Shown: piece after piece, positions 11,084 through 20,324 of the stretch
Position numbering within the stretch: the first letter of the stretch is position 1
Layout of the letters: each line of letters starts with the position of its first letter
Source of the DNA: an uncultured virus (IMG/VR IMGVR_UViG_3300025018_000135)
Taxonomy: Duplodnaviria; Heunggongvirae; Uroviricota; Caudoviricetes
Reading direction: 5' to 3' (one strand)
IMG/VR virus record: IMGVR_UViG_3300025018_000135
Length of the DNA stretch: 64,000 nt
Position numbers and translations under genes: made by a program
Notes under the pieces: generated by a model
The model's database searches: none
Told to the model about the DNA's origin: nothing
The model's input: the letters and a program-made list of their open reading frames with translations, nothing else

Positions 11084-12012
11084 GGTCTGTCAGATCAGTG
11101 TCGTCCGTAATATATTGATAAGCTCCTTTTGAATATGCAGGGGCTATGCGCATTTTCTTTTTCTCTATTTCTTCCTGCGCCTTCTTTTCACGTTCTAGCA
11201 TTTCACCTGTGTATTTTACAGGTTTTTCCTTTTTAGCTCTAACCAATTTCGTCTTTTCAATAATTATATTCTCGTTTCTCTTTTCCCACGGCTTTACTGG
11301 CAGTAGGTCTTTTTCTTTTTTGTCTGATTTTAGGCAAGATAAAAGGGTGCGTGAATGTACGCACCCTTGTAGTAGGTCATCATATTTCTTTTTCGATTTA
11401 CGCACTGCCGCCGCTTTATTAAGTTTGTCTAGCCTGTCTCTATTTTTCTGTGCTTTGGTCTTCATATAAAGGCTCAAATTTAAATACGTTAACTTCTCTG
11501 TTTGCGAAGTCAAAACCCCAATGAAAAAGATTTCCAAAAACATCAAGCTGTCTAAGAAGTGGGGTTAGGAAAGAAATATTGTACTTAACAAACATAGGAG
11601 CGACTGGAAAATATTTTCTGGATACTAAATCGACGTTTGGGTGTGGCGTTAGAACGTCTCTGTAGAAAGATAGTGTTGTCCTATCTCCAAAACTTTCTAC
11701 GCTTTTCACAAAACCAAATATCCGTATTTCGTTTTCGTCTTTATGTGACATTACTAAACGATCAAATTCCTCAGATGTAATAGGCTTTCCATTTCTACTG
11801 GGATAATAAGAACACTTGTTAGAGTTGTTAAGTGTTATAATAGCAGGAAACAAAAGAACATCGTTCCCGTCTTTAAATACTATAGTCTTGTTGTTCAAAA
11901 CGATATCGTCGTCTACTGTATTTTCAGACCCTTTAAGCTTGTAAGTTGTGTGAACGTCTTTGACAAAAGATAAAAGACTCATAGGTAGCCCTCCTAGATT
12001 CGAGCCTTGCGA

Positions 12013-12558
12013 TTAAACTTCTACAGAGTATTTAATCGCCCAGATTTTTTTGTTATCAAAATAGTCCTTTTTATCAGCGTCCTCAAACTGAGACAAAAAC
12101 ATGTCCGAAAAATATAAACTGCCATTATTATCATTCATTATGTCTACAACAACATCTTTTTCTTCTGTCTTTAAAATAACGCGAGCTAGTGAATCATTTA
12201 TACGATCAAAGAATTCGTCTTCCTTGTCTTCTGTGATAAAGTAAATAGATAGAATTCTCCTACCTGCACCTTCGCGTGTACTTGTTCCAAGAACTAAAGA
12301 ATCAAAAATAATTTCCGAAGTTGATGCTTCTCCATAAGCTTCACTAAAGTTCAATGCAGCCTCAACTTCATCCTCGTTTTCAATTGTCAGGAATTCTTCT
12401 ATACCTTCATCTTCTAATTCAATTATTTTTTCTTTATCTGGCAGCTCTTTCGCCAAAGTTAAGTCTTCATCTTCCACAGTGTCTGTATTATTGAAAACGA
12501 ATACAGACACTGAGTAGATTTCGTTTAATACGTTATCAATAGCTACGTCAATAGACAT
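12013..12558 (-). CDS. Highly acidic hypothetical protein
   Basis: Dense Asp/Glu throughout. Confidence 0.55.
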   Translation of the reverse strand: MSIDVAIDNVLNEIYSVSVFVFNNTDTVEDEDLTLAKELPDKEKIIELEDEGIEEFLTIENEDEVEAALNFSEAYGEASTSEIIFDSLVLGTSTREGAGRRILSIYFITEDKEDEFFDRINDSLARVILKTEEKDVVVDIMNDNNGSLYFSDMFLSQFEDADKKDYFDNKKIWAIKYSVEV

Positions 12559-12567
12559 ACATCATCC

Positions 12568-12849
12568 TTATTTATTAGGTTCCATACTAACTTCATACCT
12601 TCCTTTAATTTCACGAACAAGGAAAGCACCTACAGAGGAAGACTTCATCATTTTTACAAAAACTTTTTCAGGCACGTCTGAATAAACGTAGCGGTCTTTC
12701 AAGTTAGACTTGAAAAGAACATACAGCAGTTTGTTGTCTAGGTTATATGCCACTGAGTCCAGATTAGAACTTTCACAGTTTGCGAAAACAGTCCGTTCAT
12801 CGTTATCTAGTTTCATTTTCATATTATTAAAAACAATTCGCTTACTCAT
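12568..12849 (-). CDS. KTSC-domain protein
   Basis: ESSNLDSVAYN...LYVLFK...YVYSDVPEKVF..MMKSSSVGAFLVREIKGRY. Confidence 0.9.
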   Translation of the reverse strand: MSKRIVFNNMKMKLDNDERTVFANCESSNLDSVAYNLDNKLLYVLFKSNLKDRYVYSDVPEKVFVKMMKSSSVGAFLVREIKGRYEVSMEPNK

Positions 12850-13645
12850 AGTCTTTCTCCACGGAAGCTGCTTGTGCGTCTGTTATTGGCATGTCTTTGT
12901 ATTTACTATCAGGGTGGCGTTCTAGGTAAGAACGTTTCTGATTCTTTGACATAGAGTTCCACCATTTTTTATCTTGTTGTGTTATAGTGGTTTGGCTCTT
13001 GTCGTTCTTTTCCATTAGTTGTTCTTTCTTCTTTTCTTCTTGTGCTTTTTTCTGTTTAATTACCGCCTCTTTGTCTGCTTCTGACATAAACTCAAAAGAC
13101 TTACCTTTTTTCAGAGTAGAAAAATAAGGCCCAATATTTGTCGGCCTCCAACGGCCTACACTAAAAGCAGTACCTTTAGCAGGGCCGTGATAAAAAACTA
13201 AAAAGGCTTCTTCTGAATCGTGTTTCTTTAAAAGAACACTGTCTTGTTTGAATTTCTTTGCGGCTCCTTTTAAAAAGGAATCTAGCTGTTTATTACCATC
13301 ATCAGTTTTGTCGCCAATGACAATAAAAGATTCTTCATCTACTACTTTTTCTTTGTCTGTACCTTCATTTTCAATATAACGACCTTTCACTTTAATAAAG
13401 CCATAACCCGCTTTACGAATCATGGCTTTTAATTCTTCATTTCGTTCCCTGTTCTCCTTTAGGGAATACTCACCACGAAACGCAGTGAGTGCCCCTATAT
13501 TTCTTTCTTTTGAGTGTTTGTAAATACGCCCTAAACTAGCGGCGGTTTCTTCTTGACCTGTATATGCTCGCACGACATTGGAATTTTGAAAGTAGAAAGA
13601 CAAACTACCTTCTTCTGATATTAATTTCATTTCTACCACTCCCAA
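12842..13645 (-). CDS. Hypothetical phage protein with C-terminal W..MS..Q..YL..HP.S module
   Basis: Long ORF; the C-terminal motif is shared with ORFs at 54410 and 56010. Confidence 0.6.
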   Translation of the reverse strand: MGVVEMKLISEEGSLSFYFQNSNVVRAYTGQEETAASLGRIYKHSKERNIGALTAFRGEYSLKENRERNEELKAMIRKAGYGFIKVKGRYIENEGTDKEKVVDEESFIVIGDKTDDGNKQLDSFLKGAAKKFKQDSVLLKKHDSEEAFLVFYHGPAKGTAFSVGRWRPTNIGPYFSTLKKGKSFEFMSEADKEAVIKQKKAQEEKKKEQLMEKNDKSQTTITQQDKKWWNSMSKNQKRSYLERHPDSKYKDMPITDAQAASVEKDYE

Positions 13646-13791
13646 AGTGTTTAAATGAAATTAGTCTTATTATTTATTTTTTCCAAGTCCGGCAGCTTCC
13701 AGTGCTTTTTTCATGATAGGGTTACTTATTTTAGGCTCTCTCTTTTCTTGTACTTCATTTTTATCATTAGCCACTTGTTTGTTCACCTTTT

Positions 13792-14094
13792 TCATTCTTT
13801 GTCCCCTTTATCAAAAAGTGAAATTGCCTTCTTTGCTTTGGGCGAAAGTGAATAATAAATTGGCTCACCTTCCCCTTTTTTCAAGTAACCCGATTTAATT
13901 GCGTCGTTCAAAAACATACGTGTATAAGTCTTTGAAGCAAACTTACCCTGATCGTGAATTTGAGTATTCGTTAGCATCTTTTTCGGAGCACTATCAATAA
14001 TCATAAAAACTACGATACGACGAATACTTAATTTAGGGTCTTTTTCAGATAAGTCTAAAAGTTTCTTAATTAGTTTATCTTTTTTAGCGTTCAT
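13792..14094 (-). CDS. Probable winged-helix DNA-binding protein
   Basis: SKTYTRMFLNDAIKSGYLKK...YYSLSPKA has a wHTH-like pattern. Confidence 0.5.
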   Translation of the reverse strand: MNAKKDKLIKKLLDLSEKDPKLSIRRIVVFMIIDSAPKKMLTNTQIHDQGKFASKTYTRMFLNDAIKSGYLKKGEGEPIYYSLSPKAKKAISLFDKGDKE

Positions 14095-14143
14095 GTTCGT
14101 CTCCGATTATGGCGGGTATATTTCAACCCGCCGTTAATCTTAA

Positions 14144-14992
14144 TTACTTAACAAACAAAAGATCGCCAAAAGAACTTTGCTCAGATTCACCTGAAGCACT
14201 TCCGTTAGTTCGGAAAAGTGATTCATCAATTGCAGTACGTGAACCCGGCGACCACTTTGCAAAATTAATAGGAGAGTTTCGCGTAACAATACGGAAACCA
14301 TTCCCTACCAAAAACGACACCATACTTTGAGAAATTGTCGAAGAGTCTGCGAGAATAGCCAGATGCCCATTCTCTTTAGCGCCTTGAATTACTTCAAACA
14401 GTTTTCCGAGGTCGTTTCCAATTTCTTCTTCACTTACGTTACCAAAACTTACTTTTACCATGGTTGTCATGCAGAGTTCAGCAAAAGAAGACTCATTTTG
14501 GACGTTGGCCCAACCTTCTACTTTTACAAAGTCTGAAAACTTTTTATTAATACCGGGAATTTCACTTTCACCTAGTTCTCCCGTTTCTGCTTCGGCAGTT
14601 ATGGTAATAGGCTCTTTAACAATTTCATATTCCTGATCGAAGGGAAATGCACCGGACACTTCCATAATTAAAGGTTTAACAAAACCCGCCAGAGCATTTG
14701 TATTTTTAGCAAGTTTAGCTCCTGCCACCAAAAGCAATTTGTGACTATTGTAAGGATTACTAACAATTCTGCTAATTACGTCTTTAACGCTTTGACGGAA
14801 AACACCCGGAGCAGTTTCTGCGTCTTTTTTGCTGGCTTTTTGAAACGGGTTATAAAGGTCGAACTGTTTACCATTTTCCGCAGTAACTTTCCGCGCCTGC
14901 ATTCTTACCGCGTCTGAATGTTTAGTCACCATATCCAGAACAACGACAACTTGCGAGCGTACTTGGTACGGGAAGGTTTGTACATTTTCCAT
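14144..14992 (-). CDS. Hypothetical protein
   Basis: 282-aa ORF with GAGG Shine-Dalgarno site, preceded by the AATCTGTAAAGTA motif. Confidence 0.65.
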   Translation of the reverse strand: MENVQTFPYQVRSQVVVVLDMVTKHSDAVRMQARKVTAENGKQFDLYNPFQKASKKDAETAPGVFRQSVKDVISRIVSNPYNSHKLLLVAGAKLAKNTNALAGFVKPLIMEVSGAFPFDQEYEIVKEPITITAEAETGELGESEIPGINKKFSDFVKVEGWANVQNESSFAELCMTTMVKVSFGNVSEEEIGNDLGKLFEVIQGAKENGHLAILADSSTISQSMVSFLVGNGFRIVTRNSPINFAKWSPGSRTAIDESLFRTNGSASGESEQSSFGDLLFVK

Positions 14993-15037
14993 TTTCTATT
15001 ACCTCGGTATATTGATAGGGTTTGGGCTGACACCTGA

Positions 15038-15050
15038 TACTTTACAGATT
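15038..15050 (-). promoter_or_regulatory. Putative phage promoter motif AATCTGTAAAGTA
   Basis: Identical 13-mer also at 33622, 41751 and 44703, each just upstream of a co-oriented gene start. Confidence 0.65.
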
Positions 15051-15055
15051 TAAAT

Positions 15056-15958
15056 TTAGGCTTTCTTTAATTTCTTTTTTACGTCTTTATTTTCTTCAGT
15101 ATTCTCCTCTAAAAGTTTTCGTATTTTAGACCAAGGCTCTGACAGTTCTACTAGGTCTTTAATAACCTCTTTGATAGGTAGGTTTTTCTCAATAGCCTTT
15201 TTAACTAAAGCTTCCTGCTTCTTTTCAAGCTTTAATCTCTTTTTACGCTCTGACTCGGCAGCCTTATCTTTTCTCCTACGTTCTTCTATTACAGCTTTTT
15301 CTTGTTTTGCTCTTAGTGCCTTGGCTTCTTTTTCTCGTTCCGCAAGAATACTTTTTATTTCCACGACCGCTTGTTTGAACAGGACTACTCGAATATCGCG
15401 TTCTCTCTCAGTTTCCCTGTGTTCCACGTCAAATCGAAGATTACCTCCGTGATTATCGTAAAACCGAAATATAACATTTGCTTTGGGATTTTCATTCTTC
15501 AGTTTGACCCACTCGTCACGAATGCGAAACGAAAGAATTTCAGGCGTCCTTTCCGCAACAGATAACTTTAAGTTCTTAATCTGTTTTCTTTTTTGCAAAG
15601 AGCTTGCTTTAGATAGCATGACACCTTTTGAAGCTGCAATTTTTTCAAGGTATATGAAAATATTACAAATATCCCAAGCATATACTTTAGTAGATAAGCC
15701 ACGTCTGTAATAAGGATACTTAAACCCGTCTACTCCTACAAAACTATTCTTTTTACCAGAACCGAACAATTTCAAAGCTATCTTTTTAGCTTCTTTCTCG
15801 GCTAGAGTCGGAACCCCTCTGTTATCTCGTTTGAACTTTGCACTCATTTTATTTCTCCAAGTTATTTTCAGTCTTTGTGCATTTTGGTGAATCGTTTTAT
15901 CTCTTTCGGCAATTGAGACAAAGCCATCGGCAACTGCAATACTTCTCTGTCTTTGCAA
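15056..15958 (-). CDS. Basic coiled-coil hypothetical protein (true start probably MSAKFKR)
   Basis: Long K/E-rich ORF; GGAG Shine-Dalgarno site before the internal ATG. Confidence 0.55.
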   Translation of the reverse strand: MQRQRSIAVADGFVSIAERDKTIHQNAQRLKITWRNKMSAKFKRDNRGVPTLAEKEAKKIALKLFGSGKKNSFVGVDGFKYPYYRRGLSTKVYAWDICNIFIYLEKIAASKGVMLSKASSLQKRKQIKNLKLSVAERTPEILSFRIRDEWVKLKNENPKANVIFRFYDNHGGNLRFDVEHRETERERDIRVVLFKQAVVEIKSILAEREKEAKALRAKQEKAVIEERRRKDKAAESERKKRLKLEKKQEALVKKAIEKNLPIKEVIKDLVELSEPWSKIRKLLEENTEENKDVKKKLKKA

Positions 15959-16894
15959 TTGGCGCAGTTGAAAGTTACTTCTTGGCCTGTTGTAGTTGAA
16001 CTAATATGAGGAAAATTTTTGTCCTTCATTACACTTACTCCTTAATAACCAGTAAAGGGAACAGAGTCCACGTCGTATTCAATGCTACCATCTTCTTTTT
16101 CAAAACTCTCTACACGAATCGGGTATTTAGACTCACGTTCAAAATAGCAGCACGTTTCGTCCCGAAACTCACCTTCGCCTTTTTTGAACTTTTCCGTGTA
16201 CAATTCTTTTTCTTCTTCAGTTACACGCCACCTTTCAGTTTGTTCTTCTTCAAACTCTTTTTGTAGTTTAGAGAGTTCTTCGTTTAATTCTCGAAACTTT
16301 GAGGGTTCGCACTCAATGCGTTTTTTAATCTGCTTAATCCTAAATAGTGTTTTGTGCATTGCGTTTCTCCAAAGTAATCTGTTCGAGGGTTTTCGGAAAC
16401 CAGTAGCAACTCGTATTCAAGAAAATAAAACGTCCGTATTCACAGTCTTCTTTTTTCGCAAACCCTGTTACTTTAAGTCCGCGAAAAGAAACTCCATAGT
16501 CGTTAGTGAAAGTTACAGTGTCGCCAACTTTTAAGTCACAGGGAAATGGCGGTTCTTTTTCCAGAGTAGAAACTAACTCGTCAAAAGTTTTCATGATATA
16601 GCCTCTCTAGCTCTTTTTCTTTTTGCTTCCGCAGTTAGTCGTAAACGAATTGCCATGCCTTCGCCAAAAGAACGGCCAGTATATTCACGACCATTAATGC
16701 GAGCATAAAACTGAGTCATGTGCGTACCGATATAACTTTTAACGCGCCAAGTAGAACCTTTTGTTGCACTCCCTATTACAGCACCATTAAAGTCCACAAT
16801 GTCGTAACTAGAACCAATGATACCTTCGACACCTATACCGTTTTTTCTGCATTTTCCAACGTAAGCACAGATTTCGTTTTGCATTGTTTTATCC

Positions 16895-17302
16895 TCAATC
16901 AAGAAAGGCTTGAATTTCCACCGTTAAAAACTCAGAAGGGTTATCGTAAACAAAGTTCCGAAGTTTATAAAAACTTTCAATCATTTTTTCTTTAGACGTA
17001 GGTTCAGTCAGACCCCAACACAAATCGTTCATCATTTTCAGCATTAAAGCAGCGCCGAAAGTTTTTGCATCCATATTTCCAGAATAGTAATTGTCTGAAC
17101 AGGAAACTTCGTAGTCGTTTTCCGGTGGTACAACAAACACAAAACCATTCTTTTCAAAAACCGTCCACAGACCACCAGAATAATTTTTTGCGTATTCACC
17201 TGCCATAGTAAATAAGCGATTTTCAACAATTCGCATACTAGTGTGGAATTCCGTAAGGAACAGGGCTTTCTTCAAATATTCAGAGTTCATTGCAGTAGAC
17301 AT
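16895..17302 (-). CDS. Antirestriction protein, ArdB/KlcA family
   Basis: ENRLFTMAGEYAKNYSGGLW...NYYSGNMDAKTFG...FYKLRNFVYDNP matches the KlcA/ArdB pattern; GGAG Shine-Dalgarno site before ATG 17302. Confidence 0.8.
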   Translation of the reverse strand: MSTAMNSEYLKKALFLTEFHTSMRIVENRLFTMAGEYAKNYSGGLWTVFEKNGFVFVVPPENDYEVSCSDNYYSGNMDAKTFGAALMLKMMNDLCWGLTEPTSKEKMIESFYKLRNFVYDNPSEFLTVEIQAFLD

Positions 17303-17552
17303 AGTTATCTCCAAGGGTTTATTTGCACTAGCGTAGCAACTCCAAAGAATTGCTACTAACTGCAAACCTACACAAAGTCTTCCAGATTAACTTCCTGAAA
17401 GGTTCCTGCACCTACACAAACAAAAACACGCGGAGGTTGATTCAATTCACACAAAGCATGAACAACCTTTACGGCTTTTGCCATGTTATTAACTTGACTT
17501 GAAAAATTAATACCACCAATGTTAATGCGAATTTCAACCCGTACAGTATCCA

Positions 17553-17798
17553 TTATTCTTCCTCCGAGTTTTTCCAAAGTTCTTTCCATTCTTCAGGAGT
17601 AATTCCGCTTTTCAGAAACTCCCGTTCCTCGTTGCTCAGTTCAGGAAAAACATCCTGAATTGAACCACCTTGCTGCCAACGGTAAACTTGCATTTGTGTA
17701 ATGGGCAAGTCCATCGTATTTTCTTTACCGCTGATCGTAGAAACTTTTTTAACCAGCATCTTGTTCTCCTTAAAAACCAAATTCAACTGAAAAACCAA
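17553..17798 (-). CDS. Small phage protein
   Basis: S.ISGKENTMDLPIT...IQDVFPELS.EEREFL.SGITPEEW, a pattern I recognise from unannotated phage proteins. Confidence 0.6.
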   Translation of the reverse strand: MVFQLNLVFKENKMLVKKVSTISGKENTMDLPITQMQVYRWQQGGSIQDVFPELSNEEREFLKSGITPEEWKELWKNSEEE

Positions 17799-18324
17799 TC
17801 ACGTCGTTACTGAAGGATACTTTATTTGCATTGCCCATAGACGTTGGCAAATAAGATACCCTAGCAGCTATTCTTTCGTTGCCTACTTTTATTTCAAAAG
17901 CCGCCGCAGGTAGAACAGGCATTCCAGTAGCGTTCTCATAACCTGTAATTGCGAAAACACTACCACCAAAAGAAAGGTAGTCAAAAACTTTTACCGGAAT
18001 TAAGTCTGATACTTTCTTTTCATAATAGAACCCGGCATAAACTGAGGTTTTATTAAAAGAGTTGTCGTAGAACCCGAAGCTGTAGCCTACATTTTTTAGT
18101 TTTGTAGGAAACTTTACATAAAGTCCGAAGTTTTCTTCGTTAAGATTGGGAGCGTAGACCTTGCGTAATTTTTCACGGCCCCAAAAGTCTTCATATTTTT
18201 TATATACAAAGTCCTTACCGTTAATGTGCTTACTACCAACATGTACACCAACTTTAATTTCATTTTCTTCTGCGTGGACAAAAGACACACAAGCCAAAAG
18301 AATAAAAAGAAATACCTTTTTCAT
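17770..18324 (-). CDS. Secreted PagP-like outer-membrane beta-barrel protein
   Basis: Signal peptide MKKVFLFILLACVSFVHA; NEENFGL, FYDNSFNKTSVYAGF; C-terminal beta-signal GFSVEFGF. Confidence 0.65.
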   Translation of the reverse strand: MKKVFLFILLACVSFVHAEENEIKVGVHVGSKHINGKDFVYKKYEDFWGREKLRKVYAPNLNEENFGLYVKFPTKLKNVGYSFGFYDNSFNKTSVYAGFYYEKKVSDLIPVKVFDYLSFGGSVFAITGYENATGMPVLPAAAFEIKVGNERIAARVSYLPTSMGNANKVSFSNDVIGFSVEFGF

Positions 18325-19080
18325 TTTTTCGCTCCTAGAATTTTCATTAGTGCAGCAACTCATAGAATTGCTGCTAAATAAAAGTTAGTCGTAGTAACCA
18401 AGTCCCATGTCTCTTAGTTCTTTGTCCCAGTCCTTAATTCTTTGAAAATGGTCTTTGACATTTTGTTTCGTGTCACTCACATACTTTTCAGCAGCCTTCC
18501 TGCTTCTGAAAAGGCAGTTCGTTTCACCTCTTTTAATTCCATTGAGAGATGTGACAATATTTTTGTCAATCAGGAATTCATAAGAATCGTAAAACGTACC
18601 TCCGTAATATGTACGAATATCAACAGCGTAATGTTTATGACCAGCTACACCGAGAAGGTAAGGCTTACTCAAAAACATTATTTTTGAAATAGAGCCTACG
18701 GTAACTTTGTAACCACCAACACCTTGTTTGATTTCTTTAAAATTAATTCTCTTGTTCATTTGAAACTCCTTAAAAGTAACGACGTGAAGGTTTGTGTTGT
18801 TGACGATGATGTGCTGCATTTTCTTTCTGTTCTTTCATTTTAGTTAACGTGCTGTGATTTATTCCTGTGTAGTCAGAACCGCAAACATCACAGAAGACTT
18901 TATTTTCTACTCGAATACCCCAGCTAGAAAAACTAAAGCACTCATTGCACTTAATCTGGCGCAGAACAAAGTTCAGTTTCATCTGACTCTCTCCGGGCGG
19001 TTGCTGTTGCCTATATATGTAGGTGGTCGGGCGTCGGCCATTCGCGGCCACGGGCTATCCTACAGTCTCCCCGCAACGTC

Positions 19081-19110
19081 AGTTTACAGGTGGCTGGGAT
19101 ACCCTGTCAA
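19081..19110 (-). promoter_or_regulatory. Sigma70-type early promoter
   Basis: TTGACA-N18-TAAACT upstream of the small-gene cluster. Confidence 0.65.
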
Positions 19111-19261
19111 CAGGGGGTGATACCCCTTACATATCAATAACTTACGGAGCTTACCCTTCGGAATATGTAGGTAAAATAGGGCTTTTCCGGGGGGTATAAA
19201 CGGGAAAAGGGCCAGAAACCCTAAAAAGAGTTCCCAGCCCTGCCTTTCCTAGCTTACTTTT

Positions 19262-20308
19262 TCAGTCTTCGTCGTCTTCCTCAAAAGTAAGAGCCTTTTT
19301 AGAATAGTTTTCAGGCTTTCCTTCAAAAAAGTTTTTTTCCTGAGAATTTACTTGTGCAACTGCATCAACCCAAGGGTAAGGATTTTCTACGCCTTCATAT
19401 AATGGATTTAAATTAATTGCTTTTAGGCGTTTATTCGCTAAGACTTTTATATACTGATCGTTAGTATAAGGTGTCATGCCCGCAACACCATGTTCAATAA
19501 TATGATTTCCCCAAGTAATTTCTAAATTAGTTCCAGCATCAAAGAGTTTATAGATATTCTCTTTCACTTTATCTGTAAGAATACCCGGATTTTCCGCTAC
19601 AAGGGAATTAAACATATTAATGAAGAAAACTAAATGTGAAGTCTCGTCTCTCTGAATATATCGAATTTCATTTGCGGCACCTAAAAACTCTCTGTGCAAA
19701 CGCTCTAATACGTAGAACAATAGAAAGCCACTATGGAAGTAAACACCTTCTAAAAGTATGTTAGAAACAAGGGCGTATAAGAAGTTTTCTTCTGTGAATG
19801 CTTCTGTACGTAGAGCGTTTGCTTGTGCTACTACAAAATCGTTTTTCGCTTTTAAAGTAGGGTTAACGTTATACATGTCATAAATGTGCATAGGGTCATC
19901 ACAAATATTTTCAATAACGTATGAGTAAGAAAATACATGTAATGCCTCTTCCCAAGTCTGCCTATAGATAACTAGTTTCAGGGTAGGGTCAGTAATATAG
20001 GTGCCGATGTTCATAGCTAAGTTTTCTACTTGAATAGCATCCAAGTTTGTTAAAAAAGCTAAGGCTCTATCTACTGCAATGCGTACACCGTGAGTCGGTG
20101 GCTTTTCTTGATACTGATTTCTATCTTTAACCAAACTAATTCTTTTAGGAAACCACTCGTTGTGCATCATTTTTTCTAGCAGTTCTATAGCCCATGGATA
20201 ACGTACATGGCTAATAGAATGAAACTTATCAGAAGGCCCGCCAATAATTCGGCGGGCATTAATAAGTTCTGCAATTTCTTTCTCTCGTTGTGCTTTGGAG
20301 ACTGTCAT
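19262..20308 (-). CDS. nrdB: Ribonucleotide reductase class I beta subunit
   Basis: LD, EEALHVFSY (with radical Tyr), LEGVYFHSGF, RDETSH, NFFE. Confidence 0.95.
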   Translation of the reverse strand: MTVSKAQREKEIAELINARRIIGGPSDKFHSISHVRYPWAIELLEKMMHNEWFPKRISLVKDRNQYQEKPPTHGVRIAVDRALAFLTNLDAIQVENLAMNIGTYITDPTLKLVIYRQTWEEALHVFSYSYVIENICDDPMHIYDMYNVNPTLKAKNDFVVAQANALRTEAFTEENFLYALVSNILLEGVYFHSGFLLFYVLERLHREFLGAANEIRYIQRDETSHLVFFINMFNSLVAENPGILTDKVKENIYKLFDAGTNLEITWGNHIIEHGVAGMTPYTNDQYIKVLANKRLKAINLNPLYEGVENPYPWVDAVAQVNSQEKNFFEGKPENYSKKALTFEEDDED

Positions 20309-20324
20309 CTTTTACCTCTCAAAA

